Below, piece after piece: positions 1 through 10,320 of a DNA stretch of 64,000 nt (its first letter is position 1; the number at the start of each line of letters is the position of its first letter). This DNA is from Acidobacteriota bacterium. GTDB lineage: Bacteria; Acidobacteriota; UBA6911; RPQK01; JADFOI01. The notes beneath the pieces are model-generated. The model saw only the letters and a program-made list of their open reading frames with translations. It made no database searches and was not told the origin of the DNA. The DNA is taken from NCBI GenBank assembly GCA_963663035.1, contig OY760074.1, positions 224,001 to 288,000 of the forward strand, written 5' to 3'. Made by a program: the position numbers and the translations under genes.

Positions 1-161
1 TGCTGCGGTTTGTTGGTGAGGGCCATCGCAATGACAGTGCCTGACCTCTCGTTAAAAATCTCTTGGCTTATGACCACAACCGGGCGATGGCCCGCCTGCT
101 CATTTCCTTGGACCGGATTAAGGTCCGCCCAGAGAATGTCTCCTCTTAGTACTCGGGCCAT
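1..161 (-). CDS. MazF/PemK-family toxin (3' end outside window)
   Basis: Manual translation from ATG 161: [37 protein letters not shown]..., a typical PemK N-terminus (G-x-EQ-x-G-x-RP). Overlaps the antitoxin stop. Not in the ORF track. Confidence 0.9.
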   Translation of the reverse strand, partial: MARVLRGDILWADLNPVQGNEQAGHRPVVVISQEIFNERSGTVIAMALTNKPQ

Positions 162-388
162 TCGGCGAGATCCCCGGAAAGACCTTCGTCGGCCAACTGC
201 TGCTCAAAGGCTGGGTCGAGTTTTGCGCATTCTACGGCCAGTCGAGTGTGCTCAATTCGGCTCAGTTTCTCCTCCACGGCTTCTTGGATTGCACGACTAC
301 GATTGGGAAACCGGCGCTCAAGGACCAGGCTGTCGATTCGAGCTACCAGCTCATCGTCTAGTGTGATGGCAATCTTCGCTTTCCTCAT
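146..388 (-). CDS. Ribbon-helix-helix (CopG/MazE-like) antitoxin
   Basis: [15 protein letters not shown]...[13 protein letters not shown] pattern with acidic tail LADEGL..EW, directly upstream of the toxin. Confidence 0.85.
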   Translation of the reverse strand: MRKAKIAITLDDELVARIDSLVLERRFPNRSRAIQEAVEEKLSRIEHTRLAVECAKLDPAFEQQLADEGLSGDLAEWPEY

Positions 389-612
389 GGCTATGGTATG
401 ACAGTTTATCATACTACAGCTTCAGCGGCGATCCTTGTAGGAACTCATTTATTTAACCCCTTACCCATAACGACTGAGATTGCAGATCTGCGAAGGTTTT
501 TTCCTTAAGGAATATCTGACTTAAGGGATTGGAAATCGAAGGCTAGGCTGCTATTATTGAAGAAAGATTAGCGTCTATATGCTCAATCAAGCTGATATCT
601 TTTGAGTTCACC

Positions 613-3039
613 ATGATCCTTTTCGTCGGCCCGCATTATGAGTCACCTAAAATGCTTAAAATCCTAAGGGTGACTGCCGTGCTCAGAACGATCTTGGGCT
701 GGATGGGAATCGTCTTGTTGGGAGCCGGTTCCTTTCCGGCGGCCAGAGGGCAGTCCTTGAGTCCGGTCCCGTCACATGCCTCCGAGCAACGGGCGGTCCT
801 GGATCGCTACTGCGTGGTGTGCCACAACGAACAAGCCCTGACGGCCGGACTGGCGCTCGACAATTTGGACATCGAGCAGGTCAGCGAAGGGGCGCCGGTG
901 TGGGAGAAGGTGTTGCGCAAACTTCAGGGCCGAGCCATGCCTCCTGCGGGTATGCCTCGGCCCGATGAGGCCACCTACGAGTCCCTGGCCAACTACCTCG
1001 AAGGGGAACTGGATGGCGCCAGGCCCAACCCCGGCAGGCCCGTCCTCCATCGCCTCAACCGTGCTGAGTACACCAACGCCATCCGCGATTTGGTGGCCTT
1101 GGAAATAGATGGAACGTCACTTCTTCCCGCCGATGATTCGGGCTATGGTTTTGACAACATTGGCGACGTCCTCTCGGTGTCGCCCATGCTGCTGGAAAGA
1201 TATATGTCAGCGGCACGGAAGATCAGTCGTCTCGCCATCGGAGATCACACGGGAAGTCCCGACTCACAAACCTATGATGTTTCCAGGTTCCTGGGCCAGG
1301 AGGACCGCACCAGCGACGAATTGCCCTTCGGCTCGCGAGGTGGAATCGCAGTTCGCCATTTCTTCCCTCTCGATGGCGACTATCTCATCAAGGTCCGCCT
1401 GAAGACCACCTATGACGGCTCTACTGTTCTCGGCATCGCCGAGGAGCACCAGCTCGACGTTCGCCTGGATCGCCTCGAAGTGGGACGATTCACCGTTGGT
1501 GGCATCGGGTTGGACGCTCCGCGATTCTCCCCGGTGGGGGAGGAGGCGCCGGATGCCCACCTGGAAGTCCGCATCCCGGTCACAGCTGGTCCGCACCTGG
1601 TCGGGGTCTCGTTCAAGAAGGAGACCTGGGCACGTGAACAGACGATTCTACCGACCTTCGCCAGTCTGGAGGGCGAGGAGCCTGGCGTGGGCAGTGTGAC
1701 CATCCGTGGACCCTACAATCCTCAAGGGCCGGGGGAGACGTCCAGCCGGAGCAAGATTTTTGTGTGCCGCCCCACCAGCAGCCAGGATGAGGAAGCCTGC
1801 GCCGGGAAGATTATCTCCGCCTTGGCACGTCTGGCCTATCGCCGTCCGATCGCGGATGATGAGGTCCCCAACCTGCTCATTCCCTACCATGCCGGCCGCA
1901 GCGAGGATGGCTTTGAGGCGGGAATCGAATTGGCGCTTCAGAGAATCCTGGTCTCTCCAGAATTCTTGTTTCGCATCGAACAGGATCCGGAGAATCTACA
2001 GCCGGGTACCACCTATCCCATCAGCGATCTCGAGTTGGCCTCCCGCTTGTCGTTTTTTCTGTGGAGCAGCATACCCGACGGCCCGCTTCTGGATGTAGCG
2101 GTCAACGGACAACTCAAAGACTCCACCGTGCTGGAGACGCAGGTGGGTAGGATGCTGCGCGATCCCCGCTCCAGGGCCCTGGTGAGCAATTTCGCCGGAC
2201 AGTGGCTGTTTCTGCGCAATATAGCGTCGGTGGCGCCCGATTTGGGGGAGTTCCCCGAATTCGACGAGAATCTGCGGGAAGCGCTCCAGCGGGAGACAGA
2301 GCTTTTCTTTGAAAGTATGCTGCAAGAGGACCACAGCGTGGTGGATCTGTTGGATGCCGACTACACCTTCCTGAACGAGCGTCTGGCCCGCCACTACGGT
2401 ATTCCCAACGTCTACGGCAACCACTTTCGGCGGGTGACGCTGGAGCATGAGGAACGGAAAGGATTGTTGGGCAAGGGAAGTATTTTAACGGCCACCTCCT
2501 ATGCCAACAGGACCTCCCCGGTTCTGCGAGGCAAGTGGGTCTTGGACAACGTTCTGGGCACACCGCCGCCGCCGCCGCCGCCCAACGTTCCGGAGTTGGA
2601 GGAAGCCAGCAGCGATGGCCAGCCTCGCACCATGCGCCAACGCATGGAAGAGCACCGTGCCAATCCCGCCTGTGCCGTTTGCCATGCGCGTATGGACCCG
2701 CTGGGCTTTGCCCTGGAGAACTTTGATGCCATCGGTGGGTGGCGGGCCACTGAAGCGGGCAGGCCGATTGATTCCTCGGGAGTTCTGCCTGACGGAACCC
2801 AGTTTGAGGGCGCCTCAGGACTGCGCGAGGTGTTACTGAGCCGCCGCGAGGAGTTCGTCAGGAACGTCACCGAAAAACTCCTGACCTACGCCCTGGGCCG
2901 AGGAACTGAGTATTACGATGCTCCGGCCGTGCGCTCCATTATGCGGGAGGCTGCTCCCAGCGACTACCGCTGGTCGTCGCTGATTGTGGGCATTGTCAAG
3001 AGCACGCCATTTCAAATGAGGAGGTCAGAAGAGCCATGA
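613..3039 (+). CDS. DUF1592/DUF1588/DUF1587/DUF1585 (PSCyt-type) c-type cytochrome protein
   Basis: CVVCH and CAVCH heme motifs, HRLNRAEYTNAIRDL, ELASRLSFFLWSS, RTSPVLRGKWVL. True start may be downstream of 613. Confidence 0.9.
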   Translation: MILFVGPHYESPKMLKILRVTAVLRTILGWMGIVLLGAGSFPAARGQSLSPVPSHASEQRAVLDRYCVVCHNEQALTAGLALDNLDIEQVSEGAPVWEKVLRKLQGRAMPPAGMPRPDEATYESLANYLEGELDGARPNPGRPVLHRLNRAEYTNAIRDLVALEIDGTSLLPADDSGYGFDNIGDVLSVSPMLLERYMSAARKISRLAIGDHTGSPDSQTYDVSRFLGQEDRTSDELPFGSRGGIAVRHFFPLDGDYLIKVRLKTTYDGSTVLGIAEEHQLDVRLDRLEVGRFTVGGIGLDAPRFSPVGEEAPDAHLEVRIPVTAGPHLVGVSFKKETWAREQTILPTFASLEGEEPGVGSVTIRGPYNPQGPGETSSRSKIFVCRPTSSQDEEACAGKIISALARLAYRRPIADDEVPNLLIPYHAGRSEDGFEAGIELALQRILVSPEFLFRIEQDPENLQPGTTYPISDLELASRLSFFLWSSIPDGPLLDVAVNGQLKDSTVLETQVGRMLRDPRSRALVSNFAGQWLFLRNIASVAPDLGEFPEFDENLREALQRETELFFESMLQEDHSVVDLLDADYTFLNERLARHYGIPNVYGNHFRRVTLEHEERKGLLGKGSILTATSYANRTSPVLRGKWVLDNVLGTPPPPPPPNVPELEEASSDGQPRTMRQRMEEHRANPACAVCHARMDPLGFALENFDAIGGWRATEAGRPIDSSGVLPDGTQFEGASGLREVLLSRREEFVRNVTEKLLTYALGRGTEYYDAPAVRSIMREAAPSDYRWSSLIVGIVKSTPFQMRRSEEP

Positions 3040-4382
3040 TTATTACCAAGAAAGCCTTACCTCGCCGCACCTTTTTACGCGGTGTCGGCGCCACCCTGGC
3101 TTTGCCGCTGCTGGACTCCATGGTTCCGGCACTGGCGGCCGCACCCGCGGTCCAATCGCCGACCCGCCTGTCCGTTGTCTATGTTCCCAACGGAATGATC
3201 ATGGACAAGTGGACTCCGGCGGCGCTGGGCTCCAATTACGAGTTGACGACGATTATGGAGCCCCTGGCTCCCTTTCGGGATGACATAACGGTGATGAGCG
3301 GACTGGCCCACAATACGGGTTGGGCGTTAGAAGGCGAAGGCCCGGGGGAACATGCCCGCGCCAGCGCCACTTTCCTGACGGGCGTTCACCCCAAGAAGAC
3401 AGAGGGCGCCGATCTTCGCGCGGGGACTTCGATTGACCAGATCGTGGCCCGGGAATTCCGTCAGCACACCCAACTGGCGTCACTCGAGGTGGCCCTGGAT
3501 TCCACCGATGTGGTGGGCACCTGCGACACCGGCTATAGCTGCGCCTACAGCAATACGCTCTGTTGGAGCAACCCCACCACGCCGGTACCGATGGAGAACA
3601 AGCCGCGCGCGGTATTCGAACGATTGTTTGGCGACAGTGACAGTACCGACCCGGCCCAGCTGCGTGCCCGGCGTCGGACCGACCGCAGCATTCTGGACCT
3701 GGTGAGCCAGGATGTCTCTCGTCTCCTGGGGCGGCTGGGGTCCAGGGACCGCGCCAAGCTGACCCAGTATCTCGATTCCATCCGTGATATTGAACGCCGC
3801 ATTCAGATTGCCGAGGAACAGCCGGCCCGCGAGCTGCCCTCCGTGGAGCGGCCCGTAGGGGTTCCCCCGACCTTTACCGCACATTGCAAGCTCATGATGG
3901 ATCTGCAGGTCCTGGCCTACCAGACCGATATGACCCGCGTCATCACCTTCATGATGGGCCGCGAGCAGAACACCCGAGTCTATAACGAGCTCGGCATCAA
4001 GGACGCCTACCACCCCCTGTCGCACCATCAGAACGATTCTGCCAAGATCGCCCAGGTGCTCCAGATCGACATCCTTCACAGTGAGATGTTCGCCTACTAT
4101 CTGGAGAAGATGCGATCGACGCCTGACGGCGATGGCTCCCTGCTGGACCATTCGATTATTCTCTACGGCAGTTCCTTGAGCGACGGCAACCTCCATGTCC
4201 ACAACGATCTGCCCATCATGCTGGTGGGTGGGGGAGCCGGCCAACTCAAAGGAGGTCGTCACGTCCGCTATCCGGACGACACGCCGACCACCAATCTGTT
4301 CCTGACCCTGCTGGACAAGTTGAATATTCCCCTGGAGAACTTCGGCGACAGCACGGGAAGGCTCGATCTGCTGCCCGTCTAG
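3036..4382 (+). CDS. DUF1552 (HXXSHH) protein, Tat-exported
   Basis: PRRTFLRG twin-arginine signal, LPLLDSM, HPLSHH motif. ATGA overlap with the upstream gene. Confidence 0.9.
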   Translation: MIITKKALPRRTFLRGVGATLALPLLDSMVPALAAAPAVQSPTRLSVVYVPNGMIMDKWTPAALGSNYELTTIMEPLAPFRDDITVMSGLAHNTGWALEGEGPGEHARASATFLTGVHPKKTEGADLRAGTSIDQIVAREFRQHTQLASLEVALDSTDVVGTCDTGYSCAYSNTLCWSNPTTPVPMENKPRAVFERLFGDSDSTDPAQLRARRRTDRSILDLVSQDVSRLLGRLGSRDRAKLTQYLDSIRDIERRIQIAEEQPARELPSVERPVGVPPTFTAHCKLMMDLQVLAYQTDMTRVITFMMGREQNTRVYNELGIKDAYHPLSHHQNDSAKIAQVLQIDILHSEMFAYYLEKMRSTPDGDGSLLDHSIILYGSSLSDGNLHVHNDLPIMLVGGGAGQLKGGRHVRYPDDTPTTNLFLTLLDKLNIPLENFGDSTGRLDLLPV

Positions 4383-4399
4383 AAGAAAGTGAGAGGAAG

Positions 4400-5893
4400 A
4401 TGAGTCACAAGATCAAAGGCCCCAAAGCCTCCTGCATGATTATTCTGCTGACCCTGTCGCTGGCCAGTCTGGTGGCAGCCAGCAGTGATCTTCAACTGGT
4501 GGAGGCGGTCGAGAGGGGAGACCGGGAGGGCGTGCGTTCGCTGCTGGAGCAAGATGCCGATGTCAATACCCCTCAGGCCGACGGAACGACGGCACTGCAC
4601 TGGGCGGCCCACCGGGACGATCTGGAAACGGCGGAACTTTTAATGGCTGCCGGCGCAGACGTAAACGCCGCCAACAACTATGGCATCACTCCACTCTCTC
4701 TGGCCTGCACCAACGGCAGTGCGGCTATGGTCGCCAAGCTGTTGGAAGCCGGGGCCAATGCCAACGCCGTCCAACAGACAGGAGAGACGGCCATCATGAC
4801 GGCTGCCCAGACCGGCAACCTTGAGGTGGTGAATCTGCTGCTGGCCCACGGAGCGGACGTCAATGGGCGGGAAACCCGGCGGGAACAGACGGCTTTGATG
4901 TGGGCAGTGGAGCAAAAGCACACGGGAGTGGTGCGTGCATTGATCGAGCGTGGAGCAGATGTTCACGCCCTTTCCAGGGGTGGATTTACGCCCTGGCTCT
5001 TTGCCGCCCAGCAGGGTGATCTGGACTCTGTTCAGGCGTTGATGGGAGCGGGTGTGGACGTGAATACAACCTCGCCGCAATGGGGCAGTGCCCTGGTGGT
5101 ATCGACCGCCCGCGGACATGAGGAGCTCTCATTATTTTTACTGGAGGAGGGCGCCGATCCCAAAGCGGTGGACGGCAACGGGATCACCGCTTTGCACTAC
5201 TCGGTGTTGAAAGGATTGGCGGTCTTCGCTGCCGCCCCCGCCCACTTAGGCGTCAACGCCCACTTGTACCGGCCCAGCATGATGAAATTAGCGAGGGAGC
5301 TCCTGGAACGTGGGGCGAATCCGAACGCTCGAACCGTAACACGCCGTTTAAGGGGTGTCGGAGGTGGCGCCATGGTGGGTGTGGCCGGCTCCACTCCGCT
5401 TATGCTGGCCAGCGCAGCTGCCGATCCCGAACTGGTCCGTCTCCTGATCGAATGGGGGGGCGATGTCCGGCTGGGGACCTTTGGGGATTCAACTCCGCTG
5501 CTGTTGGCGGCGGGCATCGCCAACAAAATGGACCGCCCAAACAAACAGGAGTACGAGAACGCTCTGGAAGTCGCCAAGATGTTGGTCAAAGAGGGTGCCG
5601 ACGTCAATGCCGTCGGCGAGAACGGCTGGACTCCACTGCACGGAGCTGCATACAGTGGAGCGGACGAGATCGTGCAGTTCCTGGTGGACAGCGGTGCCAC
5701 GCTGGATCTGATTGACGTTTATCTACAGACGCCGTGGAGCATCGCGGAGGGCATTATCGGGGCAGGCTTCGTGGCCTTCAGCAAGAAGCCATCCGGCCCC
5801 CACCCCAGTACGGCGAAGCTGCTTCTCGAACTGGGCTCCGATCCCAGGGTCGTTCCGAAGTTGCCGAAAAAGTACAAACAGATTTATCAGTGA
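4400..5893 (+). CDS. Secreted ankyrin-repeat protein
   Basis: Signal peptide followed by many GxT(A/P)LHxA...GADVN repeats. Confidence 0.92.
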   Translation: MSHKIKGPKASCMIILLTLSLASLVAASSDLQLVEAVERGDREGVRSLLEQDADVNTPQADGTTALHWAAHRDDLETAELLMAAGADVNAANNYGITPLSLACTNGSAAMVAKLLEAGANANAVQQTGETAIMTAAQTGNLEVVNLLLAHGADVNGRETRREQTALMWAVEQKHTGVVRALIERGADVHALSRGGFTPWLFAAQQGDLDSVQALMGAGVDVNTTSPQWGSALVVSTARGHEELSLFLLEEGADPKAVDGNGITALHYSVLKGLAVFAAAPAHLGVNAHLYRPSMMKLARELLERGANPNARTVTRRLRGVGGGAMVGVAGSTPLMLASAAADPELVRLLIEWGGDVRLGTFGDSTPLLLAAGIANKMDRPNKQEYENALEVAKMLVKEGADVNAVGENGWTPLHGAAYSGADEIVQFLVDSGATLDLIDVYLQTPWSIAEGIIGAGFVAFSKKPSGPHPSTAKLLLELGSDPRVVPKLPKKYKQIYQ

Positions 5894-5943
5894 GATTGGA
5901 GCAACGGGTAGTCTGTCCCCACTTTTTATGGGAATGTGGGGAA

Positions 5944-5978
5944 CTTGACTGAGGCAGGTAGGGGCTGTGCGCCCCTAC
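5944..5978. repeat. GTAG-type REP palindrome (shortened copy)
   Basis: cttgactgaggcagGTAGGGGC..GCCCCTAC shares its flank with the copies at 39052-39180. It supplies the TAG stop of the kinase. Confidence 0.65.
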
Positions 5979-7975
5979 CCCGTCTCAGTGGGAAAGCGAA
6001 GGCTGAATTCGGTGCCGGGCTTGCGGTTGGTGACATCCACATGGGCTCCCATGGCATCCGCCAACATCTTCACCAGGGCCAGGCCGATTCCTGTGCCCCG
6101 GGTGGTCCGGGTCATCTCGTTGTCGATGCGGTAGAATTTCTCAAAGATGCTCTTGAGCTTCCGGCTGGGAATTCCGGGGCCAAAGTCTCTGACCCGAATA
6201 TAGCAGTCCGTCCCTACCTGGCTCACCGTCAACACAATCTTCTTTGATTCGGCTTCTTTTGAAAACTTGATGGCATTATCGATGAGATTGATCAGGATCT
6301 GGGTCAGGGCATCGGTGTCCACCTGGATCGATTGGACCTCTCCTTCCGTGACGGTGGAAAACTCAAAGCCGGCTCTCTGAACCTGGTTGTTGAGTCGCTC
6401 CGTGATACTCGTGATCAATTCGACAGGATGTCGAGCCTCAAGATTGATTTGCCACTCGTTTCGCTCCAACTCGGCCAGGGTCAGTACATTTTGAATCAGC
6501 CGACTGAGTCGCTCACTCTCGTCATGGATGTGCTGGTAGTAGCGCTCCTTCTTCTCTTCTTCCACCCATCCTTCCATGAGGATCTCACCATACATTCGGA
6601 TCGCAGTCAGTGGGGTTTTCAGCTCATGGCTGACCGCAGAAACGAAATCGCTCTTCTTTTGGGAAAGCTCCATCTGGCTGGTGGTCAGTCGATAGATTCC
6701 AAGAAGCCCCCCGAAGAACAGCAGTGAAAGGAAGACAGCCAGAACGTTCACCAGTTGATGCGCCGGGCTTTGGGGAAGGTTGCCCACGGTAATGGCCAGT
6801 TGAAAGTCGCTGAGGGGATAGGGCAATGCGGAGCTGTGAAGGAGCAAGGGCTTTGGATTGCTCGAATCACCTGCCTCCGGCTGCAAGATCTCCCCCTCGT
6901 AGAAGACGAGGTAAGAGGCCGTCTCCGGCAGCGCCGAGTTCAGAAGAGCTGGGTCCAGGTGGGCTTGGAGAAATTCTGTAAGGCTTGTGGCAAAGCCCTG
7001 AATGTATCGTCTCTCTTGTGCCCAAACACTCCTGTAGAGCACCAGCCAGTTCCTGTCAATGAGTTCGCTCTGAAAGGGATCCACTTCCGCCACCACTTCC
7101 GCTTCTGGTTGGACATCGGCATCTCGAGGTGCGAGCTGTTCGTCTCTCCTTCGGAGAGGACGGGGCTCTGGTTCTCCAGCCACCAGGCTGGACAGGTTAT
7201 CTGCGCTCTGAGCGGATGCATTTCCCTTGGCCTCATCCAACTCGTCAGAGTAGGCGTCCTTGAGTTTGGAGTCAAAGACCTCGGCCTGCATGGGTGAGGT
7301 CTTCTGGACCCGGCGCTGGACACTCTCTTTCTTCTCCTCCACTTCACTGCTCACGCCCAGTCCAGGCTCTCTTGAGGCCTGCCTGGCGTACTCACTCTCC
7401 AGAGTGACGTCGACATTCGACTCCAGATTCTCCCTGAACTCTGAGAGGCTTTCCCCCACAGAAGCAGGGGCTTCCTCCAGAATCAGGTCGTCCAGTTGAG
7501 CTCGCAATCCGGTGGACGGGGAGAAGGTGCGTCCCTCCAGCAGAGTGACGAGTTGGTCCCTCATCTGTTCACGCTCTTCCCTCTGGGGGACGACCATCCC
7601 ACTGTCCGACACCCCATCCGGCAAGAGCGGACTGTGGAAGGTTCCGTCCGGATCAATCTGGAAATAGCCCAGGATGCCCGGGATTTCCGATTGCACCGGA
7701 AAGCTGGCTAGCGGCGACAGGTTTAAGCCTTCCTGCTGCGGAACCGGCCGATCGGCAACATGAATATAGCGGTAGTGGGTGTAAGGCCGCTGCTCTTCAA
7801 CCAGGAGGTTCTCCTGTAGCCGCTGGTGGACCGTTGCCATCAGGCCCTCAGCAGTCCTGCGATAGAGGAAGAAGGACTCCTGCTCCAGATTGCTATAGGT
7901 GTGCCTTAGCAGGATCACCATGGGGACAGCCAGCAAGATGAAGAAAAGCGCGAAATACAGACGCAGTCGTTTCAT
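5975..7975 (-). CDS. Sensor histidine kinase with large extracytoplasmic domain
   Basis: Two TM segments, H-box FVSAVSHELKTPL, N-box NLIDNAIKF, D-x-G-x-G, GTGIGL. Start set at MKRLRLY (ATGA overlap with the regulator). Confidence 0.93.
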   Translation of the reverse strand: MKRLRLYFALFFILLAVPMVILLRHTYSNLEQESFFLYRRTAEGLMATVHQRLQENLLVEEQRPYTHYRYIHVADRPVPQQEGLNLSPLASFPVQSEIPGILGYFQIDPDGTFHSPLLPDGVSDSGMVVPQREEREQMRDQLVTLLEGRTFSPSTGLRAQLDDLILEEAPASVGESLSEFRENLESNVDVTLESEYARQASREPGLGVSSEVEEKKESVQRRVQKTSPMQAEVFDSKLKDAYSDELDEAKGNASAQSADNLSSLVAGEPEPRPLRRRDEQLAPRDADVQPEAEVVAEVDPFQSELIDRNWLVLYRSVWAQERRYIQGFATSLTEFLQAHLDPALLNSALPETASYLVFYEGEILQPEAGDSSNPKPLLLHSSALPYPLSDFQLAITVGNLPQSPAHQLVNVLAVFLSLLFFGGLLGIYRLTTSQMELSQKKSDFVSAVSHELKTPLTAIRMYGEILMEGWVEEEKKERYYQHIHDESERLSRLIQNVLTLAELERNEWQINLEARHPVELITSITERLNNQVQRAGFEFSTVTEGEVQSIQVDTDALTQILINLIDNAIKFSKEAESKKIVLTVSQVGTDCYIRVRDFGPGIPSRKLKSIFEKFYRIDNEMTRTTRGTGIGLALVKMLADAMGAHVDVTNRKPGTEFSLRFPTETG

Positions 7976-8682
7976 GCTTCCCCCTTTACTTGGTAGCCCT
8001 CGCCACGAACCGTCACCAGCAACTGGGGTTGAGTGGAATCGATCTCGATTTTGCGCCGCAGCTTGGCTATGTGGATATCGACCGTTCGGGTTTCGACATA
8101 GTCGACATTGCCGTAGCCCCACACTTCCTGCAGCAGTTCCTTCCGCGAGACCGGGCGGGCTGCCCGGCTGAGGTACACCAGGATCTCTAGCTCGCGCCGG
8201 GTGAAGAGGATCTCTTCCCCATCTCTTTTGCCCATCAGATGTTCCGGGTGAATGAGGAGATCTCCTAGACTGAAAGCATTCATGTCTGTGTGGAGTTTGC
8301 CCGATCGCCTCAGAACGGCCTCCACTCGCGCCAGAAGCTGCCCGACCGAGAAAGGTTTCGGAATGTAATCGTCTGTTCCCAGTTTGAGGCCCCGGATGAT
8401 GTCTTCTTCGGAGGTCTTGGCTGTCAGCATGATGATGGGCAAGTGCCGGTCCACCTCACGGATTCGATTACAAATGCTAAAGCCATCCAGACCGGGAAGC
8501 ATGATATCCAGGAGTATCAGGTGATAGTCACCACTGAGGGCCATCTCCAGAGCAGCATGACCTTCCACTGCGGTCTCCACCTGGTAGCCATTATAGACAA
8601 AGACATCGGTCAGTCCCTGAAGGATCGACTCCTCATCTTCTATGATCAGCAGTTTTGGCTTGGCCGGCTTCATGTCTTTCAT
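7972..8682 (-). CDS. OmpR/PhoB-family response regulator
   Basis: LIIEDE, LLDIMLP, MLTAK, KPF, RTVDIHIAKLRRK, TVRGEGY. Start at 8682 or 8673. Confidence 0.95.
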   Translation of the reverse strand: MKDMKPAKPKLLIIEDEESILQGLTDVFVYNGYQVETAVEGHAALEMALSGDYHLILLDIMLPGLDGFSICNRIREVDRHLPIIMLTAKTSEEDIIRGLKLGTDDYIPKPFSVGQLLARVEAVLRRSGKLHTDMNAFSLGDLLIHPEHLMGKRDGEEILFTRRELEILVYLSRAARPVSRKELLQEVWGYGNVDYVETRTVDIHIAKLRRKIEIDSTQPQLLVTVRGEGYQVKGEA

Positions 8683-8708
8683 TCTAATGCCTTTCTGCTC
8701 GTTTGTGT

Positions 8709-8724
8709 GTAAACACTTTGTAAA
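8709..8724. promoter_or_regulatory. Putative OmpR/CpxR-like direct-repeat box (GTAAA-N6-GTAAA)
   Basis: gtaaacactttgtaaa between the divergent regulator and VWA genes. TAGAAT on the minus strand at 8681-8686. Confidence 0.5.
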
Positions 8725-8847
8725 AGTTGGCGCCTGCCTTTTTACCGAGAGTTGTCTACTAATTTGTTCTGTGGATCGGTCAGTATGGGTATGAGCGAAA
8801 TGGCGTTCACAAACAACCAAAACCAAGACAACTGAAAGGAGAACAAC

Positions 8848-10320
8848 ATGAACGTACTAACCAGGTTTCAAACATTTGGAAAATCTCGACGGGGCGGCAT
8901 CCTGGCCTTACTGCTCGGTATCCTGGCCACAGTCCTCTGGGTGCAGGTTCGAGCGGGAGCCTTTCCGGGATACCCTCACGTGGGTGGTGTCGACCCTCAG
9001 CCGTCTGTCCACCCCAAAACGGGTGTCCAGTTCCAGGCGTCCCTCTCCCAGCCGATGATCGTCCAGGGAAGTGATGGCACGGTCTACTTGGACCTGTCTG
9101 TCGTTACTCCCAAGATCTCGCGGCCGGACATCTTGAGGATGCCCACCGACACCATCGTGGTCCTGGATCGCAGCGGTTCCATGGCAGAGGACAACAAGTG
9201 GATGTTTGCCACCCAAGCTGTCCACTCGCTCCTGGACCGCCTCATGTCCGGAGACCGCATCGCTTTGGTGACCTTCGACACCCACGCCCGTGTCCAATCG
9301 CAATTGGTCTCGGCCAACGAAACGAACATCCAGCGCTTTAGAGATATCGTGAACAGCCTGAGTCCCGGAGCTTCGACCAATCTGGGCGACGGACTCCTGG
9401 CCGCCGAAAGGATGGCAGCAGCTTTACGCGTATCAGAGCGGGGGCGACGAGTCATCCTTCTGTCCGATGGTCAGGCCAATGTTGGTATCTCCCACCCGCT
9501 GGAACTCAATGCCATTGCCCGACGGATTGCGGATCAGGGCAGCATTCTTTCCACTGTTGGCATGGGACTGGGATTCAACGAGAACCTCCTGGCTTCCCTG
9601 GCTGACAACGGCATGGGCAGCTTCAGTTATCTCGAGCATCTGGAATCGCTGGGTACGATCCTGGCCCAGGAGCTGGATGACTCCCGCGACGTCTACGCCG
9701 ATAGTTCCCAGATGCGAATTCATCTCCCCATGGGTGTGGAGCTTGTGGAGGCCTCCGGTTATCCCTTTGTTCTGGAGGGAAGAACGGCCGTTATCCGGAC
9801 CGGTCAGCTTTTCCAGGATAGTAACAAAAGCTTTATGGCCACTCTCCGGGTTGCCAATCACGTGCCCGCTGAGTACACGCTGGGCAACATCGACTTGAGC
9901 TACCGGGTGGACGGTCATTCCTACAAACAGGAAGTCGAATCGTCAGGATTGACCATCGCCTGCGTTCCCGCAGAGCGAGAAGAGGAAGCGGTGGCTTCGA
10001 TCGACAAGGATGTCTATCGGGACGCCTGGATCAGGAACAACCTGGGCTCGGTCATGAGAGAAGTGGGTGACTTCGTTCGCAAAGGAGACCGGCAACAAGC
10101 CGAGGAGCTGCTGGAAGACTATAAAGAACGCCTGGAGGAAGCAGATCAGGCCGTGCCCGGTATAAAGAAGGAGGCAACTGCTCAACTGGACGAGCTGAAA
10201 GCCAGAGTCGACGATGCCTTCCAGGGCCCCGCCCAGAGAGCCAAGCAGAACCGTGCCGCCAAGGCCTTCCTGGGTGAGAGTCAGGAGCTTCAAAGAGAAG
10301 TCAACAAGAACAACAACTAG
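8848..10320 (+). CDS. Membrane-anchored VWA-domain protein (YfbK-like)
   Basis: MIDAS DRSGS, T in STNLGDGL, ILLSDGQAN, N-terminal TM, AGGAG RBS. Confidence 0.9.
   Translation: MNVLTRFQTFGKSRRGGILALLLGILATVLWVQVRAGAFPGYPHVGGVDPQPSVHPKTGVQFQASLSQPMIVQGSDGTVYLDLSVVTPKISRPDILRMPTDTIVVLDRSGSMAEDNKWMFATQAVHSLLDRLMSGDRIALVTFDTHARVQSQLVSANETNIQRFRDIVNSLSPGASTNLGDGLLAAERMAAALRVSERGRRVILLSDGQANVGISHPLELNAIARRIADQGSILSTVGMGLGFNENLLASLADNGMGSFSYLEHLESLGTILAQELDDSRDVYADSSQMRIHLPMGVELVEASGYPFVLEGRTAVIRTGQLFQDSNKSFMATLRVANHVPAEYTLGNIDLSYRVDGHSYKQEVESSGLTIACVPAEREEEAVASIDKDVYRDAWIRNNLGSVMREVGDFVRKGDRQQAEELLEDYKERLEEADQAVPGIKKEATAQLDELKARVDDAFQGPAQRAKQNRAAKAFLGESQELQREVNKNNN

Noticed and set aside
1-412. Toxin-antitoxin pair as a novel defence system
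   Set aside because: It is an ordinary RHH + MazF/PemK type II module.
2562-2583. CCG tract as a phase-variation site
   Set aside because: It is an in-frame triplet run encoding the poly-Pro linker typical of DUF1588 proteins; slippage would not shift the frame.
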